Assembly: GCF_032444005.1 (NCBI RefSeq)
Contig: NW_027193546.1
Location: 558,001-622,000, forward strand
Length of the DNA stretch: 64,000 nt
Direction of reading: 5' to 3'
DNA from: Ranitomeya imitator
Lineage: Eukaryota
The notes under the pieces are model-generated. The model saw only the letters and a list, made by a program, of their open reading frames with translations. It made no database searches and was not told the origin of the DNA. Shown in pieces: positions 10,962 through 24,141 of this stretch. The position numbers and the translations under genes are program-made. How positions within the stretch are numbered: the stretch's first letter is position 1; each line of letters opens with the position of its first letter.

Positions 10962-13900
10962 GATCATACAGCTCTGCGGGGAGGAGGTGGTGGCACTGAT
11001 CATACAGCTCTGCGGGGGAGAAGGTGGTGGCACTGATCATACAGCTCTGCGGGGTGGAGGTGATTTCTCTGATCATACAGCTCTGCAGGGAGGAGTAGGT
11101 GGTGGCACTGATGATACAGCTCTGCGGGGAGGAGGTGGTGGCACTGATCATACAGCTCTGCGGGGAGGAGGAGGTGGCACTGATCATACAGCTCTGCGGG
11201 GAGGAGGTGGTGGCACTGATCATACAGCTCTGCGGGGAGGAGGTGGTGGCACTGATCATACAGCTCTGCGGGGAGGAGGTGGTGGCACTGATCATACAGC
11301 TCTGCGGGGAGGAGGTGGTGGCACTGATCATACAGCTCTGCGGGGAGGAGGTGGTGGCACTGATCGTACAGCTCTGCGGGGAGGAGGTGGTGGCACTGAT
11401 CATACAGCTCTGCAGGGAGGAGGTGGTGGCACTGATCATACAGCTCTGCGGGGAGAAGGTGTTGGCACTGATCATACAGCTCTCCGGGGAGGAGGTGATT
11501 TCTCTGATCATACAGCTCTGCAGGGAGGAGGAGGTTATGGCTCTAATCATACAGGTCTGAGGGGAGTAGGTGGTGGCTCTGATCATACAGCTCTGCGGGG
11601 AGAGGGTGGTGGCACTGATCATACAGCTCTGCGGGGAGGAGGTGATGGCTCTGATCCTACAGCTCTGCGGGGAGAATGTGGTGGCTCTGATCATACAGCT
11701 CTGCAGGGAGGAGGTGGTGGCACTGATCATACAGCTCTGCGGGGAGGAGGTGGTGGCACTGATCATACAGCTCTGCGGGGAGGAGGTGGTGGCACTGATC
11801 ATACAGCTCTGCGGGGAGGAGGTGGTGGCACTGATCATACAGCTCTGCGGAGAGGAGGTGATTTCTCTGATCATACAGCTCTGCAGGGAGGAGGTGGTGG
11901 CTCTGATCATACAGCTCTGCGGGGAGGAGGTGGTGGCTCTGATCATACAGCTCTGCGGGGAGGAGGTGGTGGTACTGATCATACAGCTGTGCGGGGAGGA
12001 GGTGATTTCTCTGATCATACAGCTCTGCAGGGAGGAGGTGGTGGCTCTGATCATACAGCTCTGCGGGGAGGAGGTGGTGGCTCTGATCATACAGCTCTGC
12101 GGGGAGGAGGAGGTGGCACTGATCATACAGCTCTGCGGGGAGGAGGTGGTGGCACTGATCATACAGCTCTGCGGGGAGGAGGTGGTGGCACTGATCATAC
12201 AGCTCTGCGGGGAGGAGGTGGTGGCACTGATCATACAGCTCTGCGGGGAGGAGGAGGTGGCTCTGATCATACAGCTCTGCGGGGAGGAGGAGGTGGCACT
12301 GATCATACAGCTCTGCGGGGAGGAGGTGGTGGCACTGATCATACAGCTCTGCGGGGAGGAGGTGGTGGCTCTGATCATACAGCTCTGCGGGGTGGAGGTG
12401 ATTTCTCTGATCATACAGCTCTGCGGGGTGGAGGTGGTGGCACTGATTATACAGCTCTGCGGGGAGGAAGTGGTGGCTCTGATCATACAGCTCTGCGGGG
12501 GAGAAGGTGGTGGCACTGATCATACAGCTCTGCGGGGTGGAGGTGATTTCTCTGATCATACAGCTCTGCAGGGAGGAGTAGGTGGTGGCACTGATGATAC
12601 AGCTCTGCGGGGAGGAGGTGGTGGCACTGATCATACAGCTCTGCGGGGTGGAGGTGATTTCTCTGATCATACAGCTCTGCGGGGAGGAGGAGGTGGCACT
12701 GATCATACAGCTCTGCGGGGAGGAGGTGGTGGCACTGATCATACAGCTCTGCGGGGAGGAGGTGGTGGCACTGATCATACAGCTCTGCGGGGAGGAGGTG
12801 GTGGCTCTGATCATGCTGCTCTGCGGGGAGGAGGTGGTGGTACTGATCATACAGCTGTGCGGGGAGGAGGTGATTTCTCTGATCATACAGCTCTGCAGGG
12901 AGGAGTAGGTGGTGGCACTGATGATACAGCTCTGCGGGGAGGAGGTGGTGGCACTGATCATACAGCTCTGCGGGGTGGAGGTGATTTCTCTGATCATACA
13001 GCTCTGCAGGGAGGAGTAGGTGGTGGCACTGATGATACAGCTCTGCGGGGAGGAGGTGGTGGCACTGATCATACAGCTCTGCGGGGTGGAGGTGATTTCT
13101 CTGATCATACAGCTCTGCGGGGAGGAGGAGGTGGCACTGATCATACAGCTCTGCGGGGAGGAGGTGGTGGCACTGATCATACAGCTCTGCGGGGAGGAGG
13201 TGGTGGCTCTGATCATGCTGCTCTGCGGGGAGGAGGTGGTGGTACTGATCATACAGCTGTGCGGGGAGGAGGTGATTTCTCTGATCATACAGCTCTGCAG
13301 GGAGGAGGTGGTGGCTCTGATCATACAGCTCTGCGGGGAGGAGGTGATGGCACTGATCATACAGCTCTGCGGGGAGGAGGTGGTGGCACTGATGATACAG
13401 CTCTGCGGGGAGGAGGTGGTGGCTCTGATCATACAGCTCTGCGGGGTGGAGGTGATTTCTCTGATCATACAGCTCTGCGGGGTGGAGGTGGTGGCACTGA
13501 TTATACAGCTCTGCGGGGAGGAAGTGGTGGCTCTGATCATACAGCTCTGCGGGGGAGAAGGTGGTGGCACTGATCATACAGCTCTGCGGGGTGGAGGTGA
13601 TTTCTCTGATCATACAGCTCTGCAGGGAGGAGTAGGTGGTGGCACTGATGATACAGCTCTGCGGGGAGGAGGTGGTGGCACTGATCATACAGCTCTGCGG
13701 GGTGGAGGTGATTTCTCTGATCATACAGCTCTGCGGGGAGGAGGAGGTGGCACTGATCATACAGCTCTGCGGGGAGGAGGTGGTGGCACTGATCATACAG
13801 CTCTGCGGGGAGGAGGTGGTGGCACTGATCATACAGCTCTGCGGGGTGGAGGTGATTTCTCTGATCATACAGCTCTGCAGGGAGGAGTAGGTGGTGGCAC

Positions 13901-16900
13901 TGATGATACAGCTCTGCGGGGAGGAGGTGGTGGCACTGATCATACAGCTCTGCGGGGTGGAGGTGATTTCTCTGATCATACAGCTCTGCGGGGAGGAGGA
14001 GGTGGCACTGATCATACAGCTCTGCGGGGAGGAGGTGGTGGCACTGATCATACAGCTCTGCGGGGAGGAGGTGGTGGCTCTGATCATGCTGCTCTGCGGG
14101 GAGGAGGTGGTGGTACTGATCATACAGCTGTGCGGGGAGGAGGTGATTTCTCTGATCATACAGCTCTGCAGGGAGGAGGTGGTGGCTCTGATCATACAGC
14201 TCTGCGGGGAGGAGGTGATGGCACTGATCATACAGCTCTGCGGGGAGGAGGTGGTGGCACTGATGATACAGCTCTGCGGGGAGGAGGTGGTGGCTCTGAT
14301 CATACAGCTCTGCGGGGTGGAGGTGATTTCTCTGATCATACAGCTCTGCAGGGAGGAGTAGGTGGTGGCACTGATGATACAGCTCTGCGGGGAGGAGGTG
14401 GCGGCACTGATCATACAGCTCTGCGGGGTGGAGGTGATTTCTCTGATCATACAGCTCTGCGGGGAGGAGGAGGTGGCACTGATCATACAGCTCTGCGGGG
14501 AGGAGGTGGTGGCACTGATCATACAGCTCTGCGGGGAGGAGGTGGTGGCTCTGATCATGCTGCTCTGCGGGGAGGAGGTGGTGGTACTGATCATACAGCT
14601 GTGCGGGGAGGAGGTGATTTCTCTGATCATACAGCTCTGCAGGGAGGAGGTGGTGGCTCTGATCATACAGCTCTGCGGGGAGGAGGTGATGGCACTGATC
14701 ATACAGCTCTGCGGGGAGGAGGTGGTGGCACTGATGATACAGCTCTGCGGGGAGGAGGTGGTGGCTCTGATCATACAGCTCTGCGGGGTGGAGGTGATTT
14801 CTCTGATCATACAGCTCTGCGGGGTGGAGGTGGTGGCACTGATTATACAGCTCTGCGGGGAGGAAGTGGTGGCTCTGATCATACAGCTCTGCGGGGGAGA
14901 AGGTGGTGGCACTGATCATACAGCTCTGCGGGGTGGAGGTGATTTCTCTGATCATACAGCTCTGCAGGGAGGAGTAGGTGGTGGCACTGATGATACAGCT
15001 CTGCGGGGAGGAGGTGGTGGCACTGATCATACAGCTCTGCGGGGTGGAGGTGATTTCTCTGATCATACAGCTCTGAGGGGAGGAGGAGGTGGCACTGATC
15101 ATACAGCTCTGCGGGGAGGAGGTGGTGGCACTGAGCATACAGCTCTGCGGGGAGGAGGTGGTGGCACTGATCATACAGCTCTGCGGGGAGGAGGTGCTGG
15201 CACTGATTATACAGCTCTGCGGGGAGAGGGTGGTGGCTCTGATCATACAGCTCTGCGGGGAGGAGGTGGTGGCTCTGATCATACAGCTCTGCGGGGTGGA
15301 GGTGATTTCTCTGATCATACAGCTCTGCGGGGTGGAGGTGGTGGCACTGATTATACAGCTCTGCGGGGAGGAAGTGGTGGCTCTGATCATACAGCTCTGC
15401 GGGGGAGAAGGTGGTGGCACTGATCATACAGCTCTGCGGGGTGGAGGTGGTGGCACTGATCATACAGCTCTGCGGGGAGGAGGTGATTTCTCTGATCATA
15501 CAGCTCTGCAGGGAGGAGTAGGTGGTGGCACTGATGATACAGCTCTGCGGGGAGGAGGTGGTGGCACTGATCATACAGCTCTGCGGGGTGGAGGTGATTT
15601 CTCTGATCATACAGCTCTGCAGGGAGGAGTAGGTGGTGGCACTGATGATACAGCTCTGCGGGGAGGAGGTGGTGGCACTGATCATACAGCTCTGCGGGGA
15701 GGAGGTGGTGGCACTGATCATACAGCTCTGCGGGGAGGAGGAGGTGGCACTGATCATACAGCTCTGCGGGGAGGAGGAGGTGGCACTGATCATACAGCTC
15801 TGCAGGGAGGAGGTGGTGGCACTGATCATACAGCTCTGCGGGGAGGAGGTGGTGGCACTGATCATACAACTCTGCGGGGAGGAGGTGGTGGCACTGATCA
15901 TACAGCTCTGCGGGGAGGAGGTGGTGGCACTGATCATACAGCTCTGCGGGGAGGAGGAGGTGGCTCTGATCATACAGCTCTGCGGGGAGGAGGAGGTGGC
16001 ACTGATCATACAGCTCTGCGGGGAGGAGGTGGTGGCACTGATCATACAGCTCTGCGGGGAGGAGGTGGTGGCACTGATCATACAGCTCTGAGGGGAGGAG
16101 GAGGTGGCACTGATCATACAGCTCTGCGGGGAGGAGGTGGTGGCACTGATCATACAGCTCTGCGGGGAGGAGGTGGTGGCACTGATCATACAGCTCTGCG
16201 GGGAGGAGGAGGTGGCACTGATCATACAGCTCTGCGGGGAGGAGGTGGTGGCACTGATCATACAGCTCTGCGGGGAGGAGGTGGTGGCACTGATCATACA
16301 GCTCTGCGGGGAGGAGGTGGTGGCACTGATCATACAGCTCTGCGGGGAGGAGGTGGTGGCACTGATCGTACAGCTCTGCGGGGAGGAGGTGGTGGCACTG
16401 ATCATACAGCTCTGCAGGGAGGAGGTGGTGGCACTGATCATACAGCTCTGCGGGGAGAAGGTGTTGGCACTGATCATACAGCTCTCCGGGGAGGAGGTGA
16501 TTTCTCTGATCATACAGCTCTGCAGGGAGGAGGAGGTTATGGCTCTGATCATACAGGTCTGAGGGGAGTAGGTGGTGGCTCTGATCATACAGCTCTGCGG
16601 GGAGAGGGTGGTGGCACTGATCATACAGCTCTGCGGGGAGGAGGTGATGGCCCTGATCCTACAGCTCTGCGGGGAGAATGTGGTGGTACTGATCATACGG
16701 CTCTCCGGGGAGGAGGTGATTTCTCTGATCATACAGCTCTGCAGGGAGGAGGTGGTGGCTCTGATCATACAGCTCTGCGGAGAGGAGGTGGTGGCTCTGA
16801 TCATGCAGCTCTGCGGGGAGGAGGTGGTGGCACTGATCATACAGCTGTGCGGGGAGGAGGTGGTGGCACTGATCATACAGCTCTGCGGGGAGGAGGTGGT

Positions 16901-19900
16901 GGTACTGATCATACAGCTGTGCGGGGAGGAGGTGATTTCTCTGATCATACAGCTCTGCAGGGAGGAGGTGGTGGTACTGATCATACAGCTGTGCGGGGAG
17001 GAGGTGATTTCTCTGATCATACAGCTCTGCAGGGAGGAGGTGGTGGCACTGATCATACAGCTCTGCGGGGAGGAGGTGGTGGCACTGATCATACAGCTCT
17101 GCGGGGAGGAGGTGGTGGCACTGATCATACAGCTCTGCGGGGGAGAAGGTGGTGGCACTGATCATACAGCTCTGCGGGGTGGAGGTGATTTCTCTGATCA
17201 TACAGCTCTGCAGGGAGGAGTAGGTGGTGGCACTGATGATACAGCTCTGCGGGGAGGAGGTGGTGGCACTGATCATACAGCTCTGCGGGATGGAGATGAT
17301 TTCTCTGATCATACAGCTCTGCGGGGAGGAGGAGGTGGCACTGATCATACAGCTCTGCGGGGAGGAGGTGGTGGCACTGATCATACAGCTCTGCGGGGAG
17401 GAGGTGGTGGCTCTGATCATACAGCTCTGCGGGGGAGAAGGTGGTGGCACTGATCATACAGCTCTGCGGGGTGGAGGTGATTTCTCTGATCATACAGCTC
17501 TGCAGGGAGGAGTAGGTGGTGGCACTGATGATACAGCTCTGCGGGGAGGAGGTGGTGGCACTGATCATACAGCTCTGCGGGGTGGAGGTGATTTCTCTGA
17601 TCATACAGCTCTGCAGGGAGGAGTAGGTGGTGGCACTGATGATACAGCTCTGCGGGGAGGAGGTGGTGGCACTGATCATACAGCTCTGCGGGGAGGAGGT
17701 GGTGGCTCTGATCATACAGCTCTGCGGGGAGGAGGTGGTGGCTCTGATCATGCAGCTCTGAGGGGAGGAGGTGGTGGCACTGATCATACAGCTGTGCGGG
17801 GAGGAGGTGGTGGCACTGATCATACAGCTCTGCGGGGAGGAGGTGGTGGCTCTGATCATACAGCTCTGCAGGGAGGAGGTGGTGGCTCTGATCATACACC
17901 TCTGCGGGGAGGAGGAGGTGGCACTGATCATACAGCTCTGCGGGGAGGAGGTGGTGGCACTGATCATACAGCTCTGCGGGGAGGAGGTGGTGGCACTGAT
18001 CGTACAGCTCTGCGGGGAGGAGGTGGTGGCACTGATCATACAGCTCTGCAGGGAGGAGGTGGTGGCACTGATCATACAGCTCTGCGGGGAGAAGGTGTTG
18101 GCACTGATCATACAGCTCTCCGGGGAGGAGGTGATTTCTCTGATCATACAGCTCTGCAGGGAGGAGGAGGTTATGGCTCTGATCATACAGGTCTGAGGGG
18201 AGTAGGTGGTGGCTCTGATCATACAGCTCTGCGGGGAGAGGGTGGTGGCACTGATTATACAGCTCTTCGGGGAGGAGGTGATGGCTCTGATCCTACAGCT
18301 CTGCGGGGAGAATGTGGTGGCTCTGATCATACAGCTCTGCGGGGAGGAGGTGGTGGCACTGATCATACAGCTGTGCGGGGAGGAGGTGATTTCTCTGATC
18401 ATACAGCTCTGCAGGGAGGAGGTGGTGGCTCTGATCATACAGCTCTGCGGGGAGGAGGTGGTGGCACTGATCATACAGCTCTGCGGGGGAGAAGGTGGTG
18501 GCACTGATCATACAGCTCTGCGGGGAGGAGGAGGTGGCACTGATCATACAGCTCTGCGGGGAGGAGGTGGTGGCACTGATCATACAGCTCTGCGGGGAGG
18601 AAGTGGTGGCACTGATCATACAGCTCTGCGGGGAGGAGGTGGTGGCACTGATCGTACAGCTCTGCGGGGAGGAGGTGGTGGCACTGATCATACAGCTCTG
18701 CAGGGAGGAGGTGGTGGCACTGATCATACAGCTCTGCGGGGAGGAGGTGGTGGTACTGATCATACAGCTCTCCGGGGAGGAGGTGATTTCTCTGATCATA
18801 CAGCTCTGCAGGGAGGAGGAGGTTATGGCTCTGATCATACAGGTCTGAGGGGAGTAGGTGGTGGCACTGATCATACAGCTCTGCGGGGAGGAGGTGATGG
18901 CACTGATCATACAGCTCTGCGGGGAGGAGGTGGTGGCACTGATCATACAGCTCTGCGGGGAGGAGGTGGTGGCACTGATCATACAGCTCTGCGGGGAGGA
19001 GGTGGTGGTACTGATCATACAGCTGTGCGGGGAGGAGGTGATTTCTCTGATCATACAGCTCTGCAGGGAGGAGGTGGTGGTACTGATCATACAGCTGTGC
19101 GGGGAGGAGGTGATTTCTCTGATCATACAGCTCTGCAGGGAGGAGGTGGTGACACTGATCATACAGCTCTGCGGGGAGGAGGTGGTGGCACTGATCATAC
19201 AGCTCTGCGGGGAGGAGTTGGTGGCACTGATCATACAGCTCTGCGGGGAGGAGGTGGTGGCACTGATCATACAGCTCTGCGGGGAGGAGGTGATTTCTCT
19301 GATCATACAGCTCTGCAGGGAGGAGGTGGTGGCTCTGATCATACAGCTCTGCGGGGAGGAGGTGGTGGCTCTGATCATACAGCTCTGCGGGGAGGAGGTG
19401 GTGGTACTGATCATACAGCTGTGCGGGGAGGAGGTGATTTCTCTGATCATACAGCTCTGCGGGGAGGAGGTGGTGGCTCTGATCATACAGCTCTGCGGGG
19501 AGGAGGTGGTGGCTCTGATCATACAGCTCTGCGGGGTGGAGGTGATTTCTCTGATCATACAGCTCTGCGGGGTGGAGGTGGTGGCACTGATTATACAGCT
19601 CTGCGGGGAGGAAGTGGTGGCTCTGATCATACAGCTCTGCGGGGGAGAAGGTGGTGGCACTGATCATACAGCTCTGCGGGGTGGAGGTGATTTCTCTGAT
19701 CATACAGCTCTGCAGGGAGGAGTAGGTGGTGGCACTGATGATACAGCTCTGCGGGGAGGAGGTGGTGGCACTGATCATACAGCTCTGCGGGGTGGAGGTG
19801 ATTTCTCTGATCATACAGCTCTGCAGGGAGGAGTAGGTGGTGGCACTGATGATACAGCTCTGCGGGGAGGAGGTGGTGGCACTGATCATACAGCTCTGCG

Positions 19901-22900
19901 GGGAGGAGGTGGTGGCTCTGATCATACAGCTCTGCGGGGAGGAGGTGATTTCTCTGATCATACAGCTCTGCAGGGAGGAGGTGGTGGCTCTGATCATACA
20001 TCTCTGCGGGGAGGAGGTGGTGGCACTGATCATACAGCTCTGCGGGGAGGAGGTGATGGCACTGATCATACAGCTCTGCGGGGAGGAGGAGGTGGCTCTG
20101 ATCATACAGCTCTGCGGGGAGGAGGAGGTGGCACTGATCATACAGCTCTGCGGGGAGGAGGTGGTGGCACTGATCATACAGCTCTGCGGGGAGGAGGTGG
20201 TGGCACTGATCATACAGCTCTGCGGGGAGGAGTTGGTGGCACTGATTATACAGCTCTGCGGGGAGAGGGTGGTGGCTCTGATCATACAGCTCTGCGGGGA
20301 GGAGGTGGTGGCTCTGATCATACAGCTCTGCGGGGTGGAGGTGATTTCTCTGATCATACAGCTCTGCGGGGTGGAGGCACTGATTATACAGCTCTGCGGG
20401 GAGGAAGTGGTGGCTCTGATCATACAGCTCTGCGGGGGAGAAGGTGGTGGCACTGATCATACAGCTCTGCGGGGTGGAGGTGATTTCTCTGATCATACAG
20501 CTCTGCAGGGAGGAGTAGGTGGTGGCACTGATGATATAGCTCTGCGGGGAGGAGGTGGTGGCACTGATCATACAGCTCTGCGGGGTGGAGGTGATTTCTC
20601 TGATCATACAGCTCTGCAGGGAGGAGTAGGTGGTGGCACTGATGATACAGCTCTGCGGGGAGGAGGTGGTGGCACTGATCATACAGCTCTGCGGGGAGGA
20701 GGTGGTGGCTCTGATCATACAGCTCTGCGGGGAGGAGGTGGTGGCTCTGATCATGCAGCTCTGCGGGGAGGAGGTGGTGGCACTGATCATACAGCTGTGC
20801 GGGGAGGAGGTGGTGGCACTGATCATACAGCTCTGCGGGGAGGAGGTGGTGGCTCTGATCATACAGCTCTGCGGGGAGGAGGTGGTGGTACTGATCATAC
20901 AGCTGTGCGGGGAGGAGGTGATTTCTCTGATCATACAGCTCTGCAGGGAGGAGGTGGTGGCTCTGATCATACAGCTCTGCGGGGAGGAGGAGGTGGCACT
21001 GATCATACAGCTCTGCGGGGAGGAGGTGGTGGCACTGATCATACAGCTCTGCAAGGAGGAGGTGGTGGCACTGATCATACAGCTCTGCGGGGAGGAGGTG
21101 GTGGCACTGATCATACAGCTCTGCGGGGAGGAGGAGGTGGCACTGATCATACAGCTCTGCGGGGAGGAGGTGGTGGCACTGATCATACAGCTCTGCGGGG
21201 AGGAGGTGGTGGCACTGATCATACAGCTCTGCGGGGAGGAGGAGGTGGCACTGATCATACAGCTCTGCGGGGAGGAGGTGGTGGCACTGATCATACAGCT
21301 CTGCGGGGAGGAGGTGGTGGCAATGATCATACAGCTCTGCGGGGAGGAGGTGGTGGCACTGATCGTACAGCTCTGCGGGGAGGAGGTGGTGGCACTGATC
21401 ATACAGCTCTGCAGGGAGGAGGTGGTGGCACTGATCATACAGCTCTGCGGGGAGAAGGTGTTGGCACTGATCATACAGCTCTCCGGGGAGGAGGTGATTT
21501 CTCTGATCATACAGCTCTGCAGGGAGGAGGAGGTTATGGCTCTGATCATACAGGTCTGAGGGGAGTAGGTGGTGGCTCTGATCATACAGCTCTGCGGGGA
21601 GAGGGTGGTGGCACTGATCATACAGCTCTGCGGGGAGGAGGTGATGGCTCTGATCCTACAGCTCTGCGGGGAGAATGTGGTGGCTCTGATCATACAGCTC
21701 TGCGGGGAGAAGGTGGTGGCACTGATCATACGGCTCTCCGGGGAGGAGGTGATTTCTCTGATCATACAGCTCTGCGGGGAGGAGGTGGTGGCTCTGATCA
21801 TACAGCTCTGCAGGGAGGAGGTGGTGGCTCTGATCATACAGCTCTGCGGAGAGGAGGTGGTGGCTCTGATCATGCAGCTCTGCGGGGAGGAGGTGGTGGC
21901 ACTGATCATACAGCTCTGCGGGGAGGAGGTGGTGGCACTGATTATACAGCTCTGCGGGGAGGAGGTGGTGGCACTGATTATACAGCTCTGCGGGGAGGAG
22001 GTGGTGGCACTGATTATACAGCTCTGCGGGGAGAGGGTGGTGGCTCTGATCATACAGCTCTGCGGGGAGGAGGTGGTGGCTCTGATCATACAGCTCTGCG
22101 GGGTGGAGGTGATTTCTCTGATCATACAGCTCTGCGGGGTGGAGGTGGTGGCACTGATTATACAGCTCTGCGGGGAGGAAGTGGTGGCTCTGATCATACA
22201 GCTCTGCGGGGGAGAAGGTGGTGGCACTGATCATACAGCTCTGCGGGGTGGAGGTGATTTCTCTGATCATACAGCTCTGCAGGGAGGAGTAGGTGGTGGC
22301 ACTGATGATACAGCTCTGCGGGGAGGAGGTGGTGGCACTGATCATACAGCTCTGCGGGGAGGAGGTGGTGGCTCTGATCATACAGCTCTGCGGGGAGGAG
22401 GTGGTGGCTCTGATCATGCAGCTCTGCGGGGAGGAGTTGGTGGCACTGATCATACAGCTGTGCGGGGAGGAGGTGGTGGCACTGATCATACAGCTCTGCG
22501 GGTAGGAGGTGGTGGCTCTGATCATACAGCTCTGCGGGGAGGAGGTGGTGGCTCTGATCATACAGCTCTGCGGGGAGGAGGTGGTGGTACTGATCATACA
22601 GCTGTGCGGGGAGGAGGTGATTTCTCTGATCATACAGCTCTGCAGGGAAGAGGTGGTGGCTCTGATCATACAGCTCTGCGGGGAGGAGGAGGTGGCACTG
22701 ATCATACAGCTCTGCGGGGAGGAGGTGGTGGCACTGATCATACAGCTCTGCGGGGAGGAGGTGGTGGCACTGATCATACAGCTCTGCGGGGAGGAGGTGG
22801 TGGCACTGATCATACAGCTCTGCGGGGAGGAGGAGGTGGCACTGATCATACAGCTCTGCGGGGAGGAGGTGGTGGCACTGATCATACAGCTCTGCGGGGA

Positions 22901-24103
22901 GGAGGTGATTTCTCTGATCATACAGCTCTGCGGGGAGGAGGTGGTGGCTCTGATCATACAGCTCTGCGGGGAGGAGGTGGTGGTACTGATCATACAGCTG
23001 TGCGGGGAGGAGGTGATTTCTCTGATCATACAGCTCTGCAGGGAAGAGGTGGTGGCTCTGATCATACAGCTCTGCGGGGAGGAGGAGGTGGCACTGATCA
23101 TACAGCTCTGCGGGGAGGAGGTGGTGGCACTGATCATACAGCTCTGCGGGGAGGAGGTGGTGGCACTGATCATACAGCTCTGCGGGGAGGAGGTGGTGGC
23201 ACTGATCATACAGCTCTGCGGGGAGGAGGAGGTGGCACTGATCATACAGCTCTGCGGGGAGGAGGTGGTGGCACTGATCATACAGCTCTGCGGGGAGGAG
23301 GAGGTGGCACTGATCATACAGCTCTGCGGGGAGGAGGAGGTGGCACTGATCATACAGCTCTGCGGGGAGGAGGTGGTGGCACTGATCATACAGCTCTGCG
23401 GGGAGGAGGTGATTTCTCTGATCATACAGCTCTGCAGGGAGGAGGTGGTGGTACTGATCATACAGCTGTGCGGGGAGGAGGTGATTTCTCTGATCATACA
23501 GCTCTGCAGGGAGGAGGTGGTGGCACTGATCATACAGCTCTGCGGGGAGGAGGTGGTGGCACTGATCATACAGCTCTGCGGGGAGGAGGTGGTGGCTCTG
23601 ATCATACAGCTCTGCGGGGAGGAGGAGGTGGCACTGATCATACAGCTCTGCGGGGAGGAGATGGTGGCTCTGATCATACAGCTCTGCGGGGAGGAGGTGG
23701 TGGCTCTGATCATACAGCTCTGCGGGGAGGAGGAGGTGGCACTGATCATACAGCTCTGCGGGAAGGAGGTGGTGGCACTGATGATACAGCTCTGCGGGGA
23801 GGAAGTGATGGCACTGATCATACAGCTCTGCGGGGAGGAGATGGTGGCTCTGATCATACAGCTCTGTGGGGAGGAGGTGGTGGCTCTGATCATACAGCTC
23901 TGCGGGGAGGAAGTGATGGCACTGATCATACAGCTCTGCGGGGAGGAGGTGGTGGCACTGACGATACAGCTCTGCGGGGAGGAAGTGGTGGCACTGATCA
24001 TACAGCTCTGCGGGGAGGAGGTGGTGGCACTGATCATACAGCTCTGCGGGGAGGAGGTGGTGGCACTGATCATACAGCTCTGCGGGGAGGAGGTGGTGGC
24101 TCT
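10962..24103. repeat. 36-bp minisatellite (~365 copies) with higher-order structure, derived from the H1 3' processing signal
   Basis: Consensus GGGGAGGAGGTGGTGGC(A/T)CTGATCATACAGCTCTGC with 37- and 39-bp variants. The last repeat merges into the H1 stem-loop. Copy number estimated as length/36. Confidence 0.97.
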
Positions 24104-24113
24104 TATAAGAGCC
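24098..24113 (-). terminator. H1 histone 3' stem-loop
   Basis: Minus strand AAA-GGCTCTTATAAGAGCC-ACCAC, then CAGAGCTGTA (HDE) 15 nt downstream. Copy at 48119-48134. Confidence 0.95.
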
Positions 24114-24141
24114 TTTGTGGTAACAGAACAGGGGCTGCAGC

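Noticed and set aside
10962-24103. CRISPR-like array
   Set aside because: Repeats are head-to-tail with no unique spacers, there are no cas genes, and the context is eukaryotic.
10962-24103. PRDM9 13-mer hotspot motif in the C-rich strand
   Set aside because: CCACCACCTCCTCCCC does not fit CCNCCNTNNCCNC (position 7 is C), and the human motif is not transferable to frogs.
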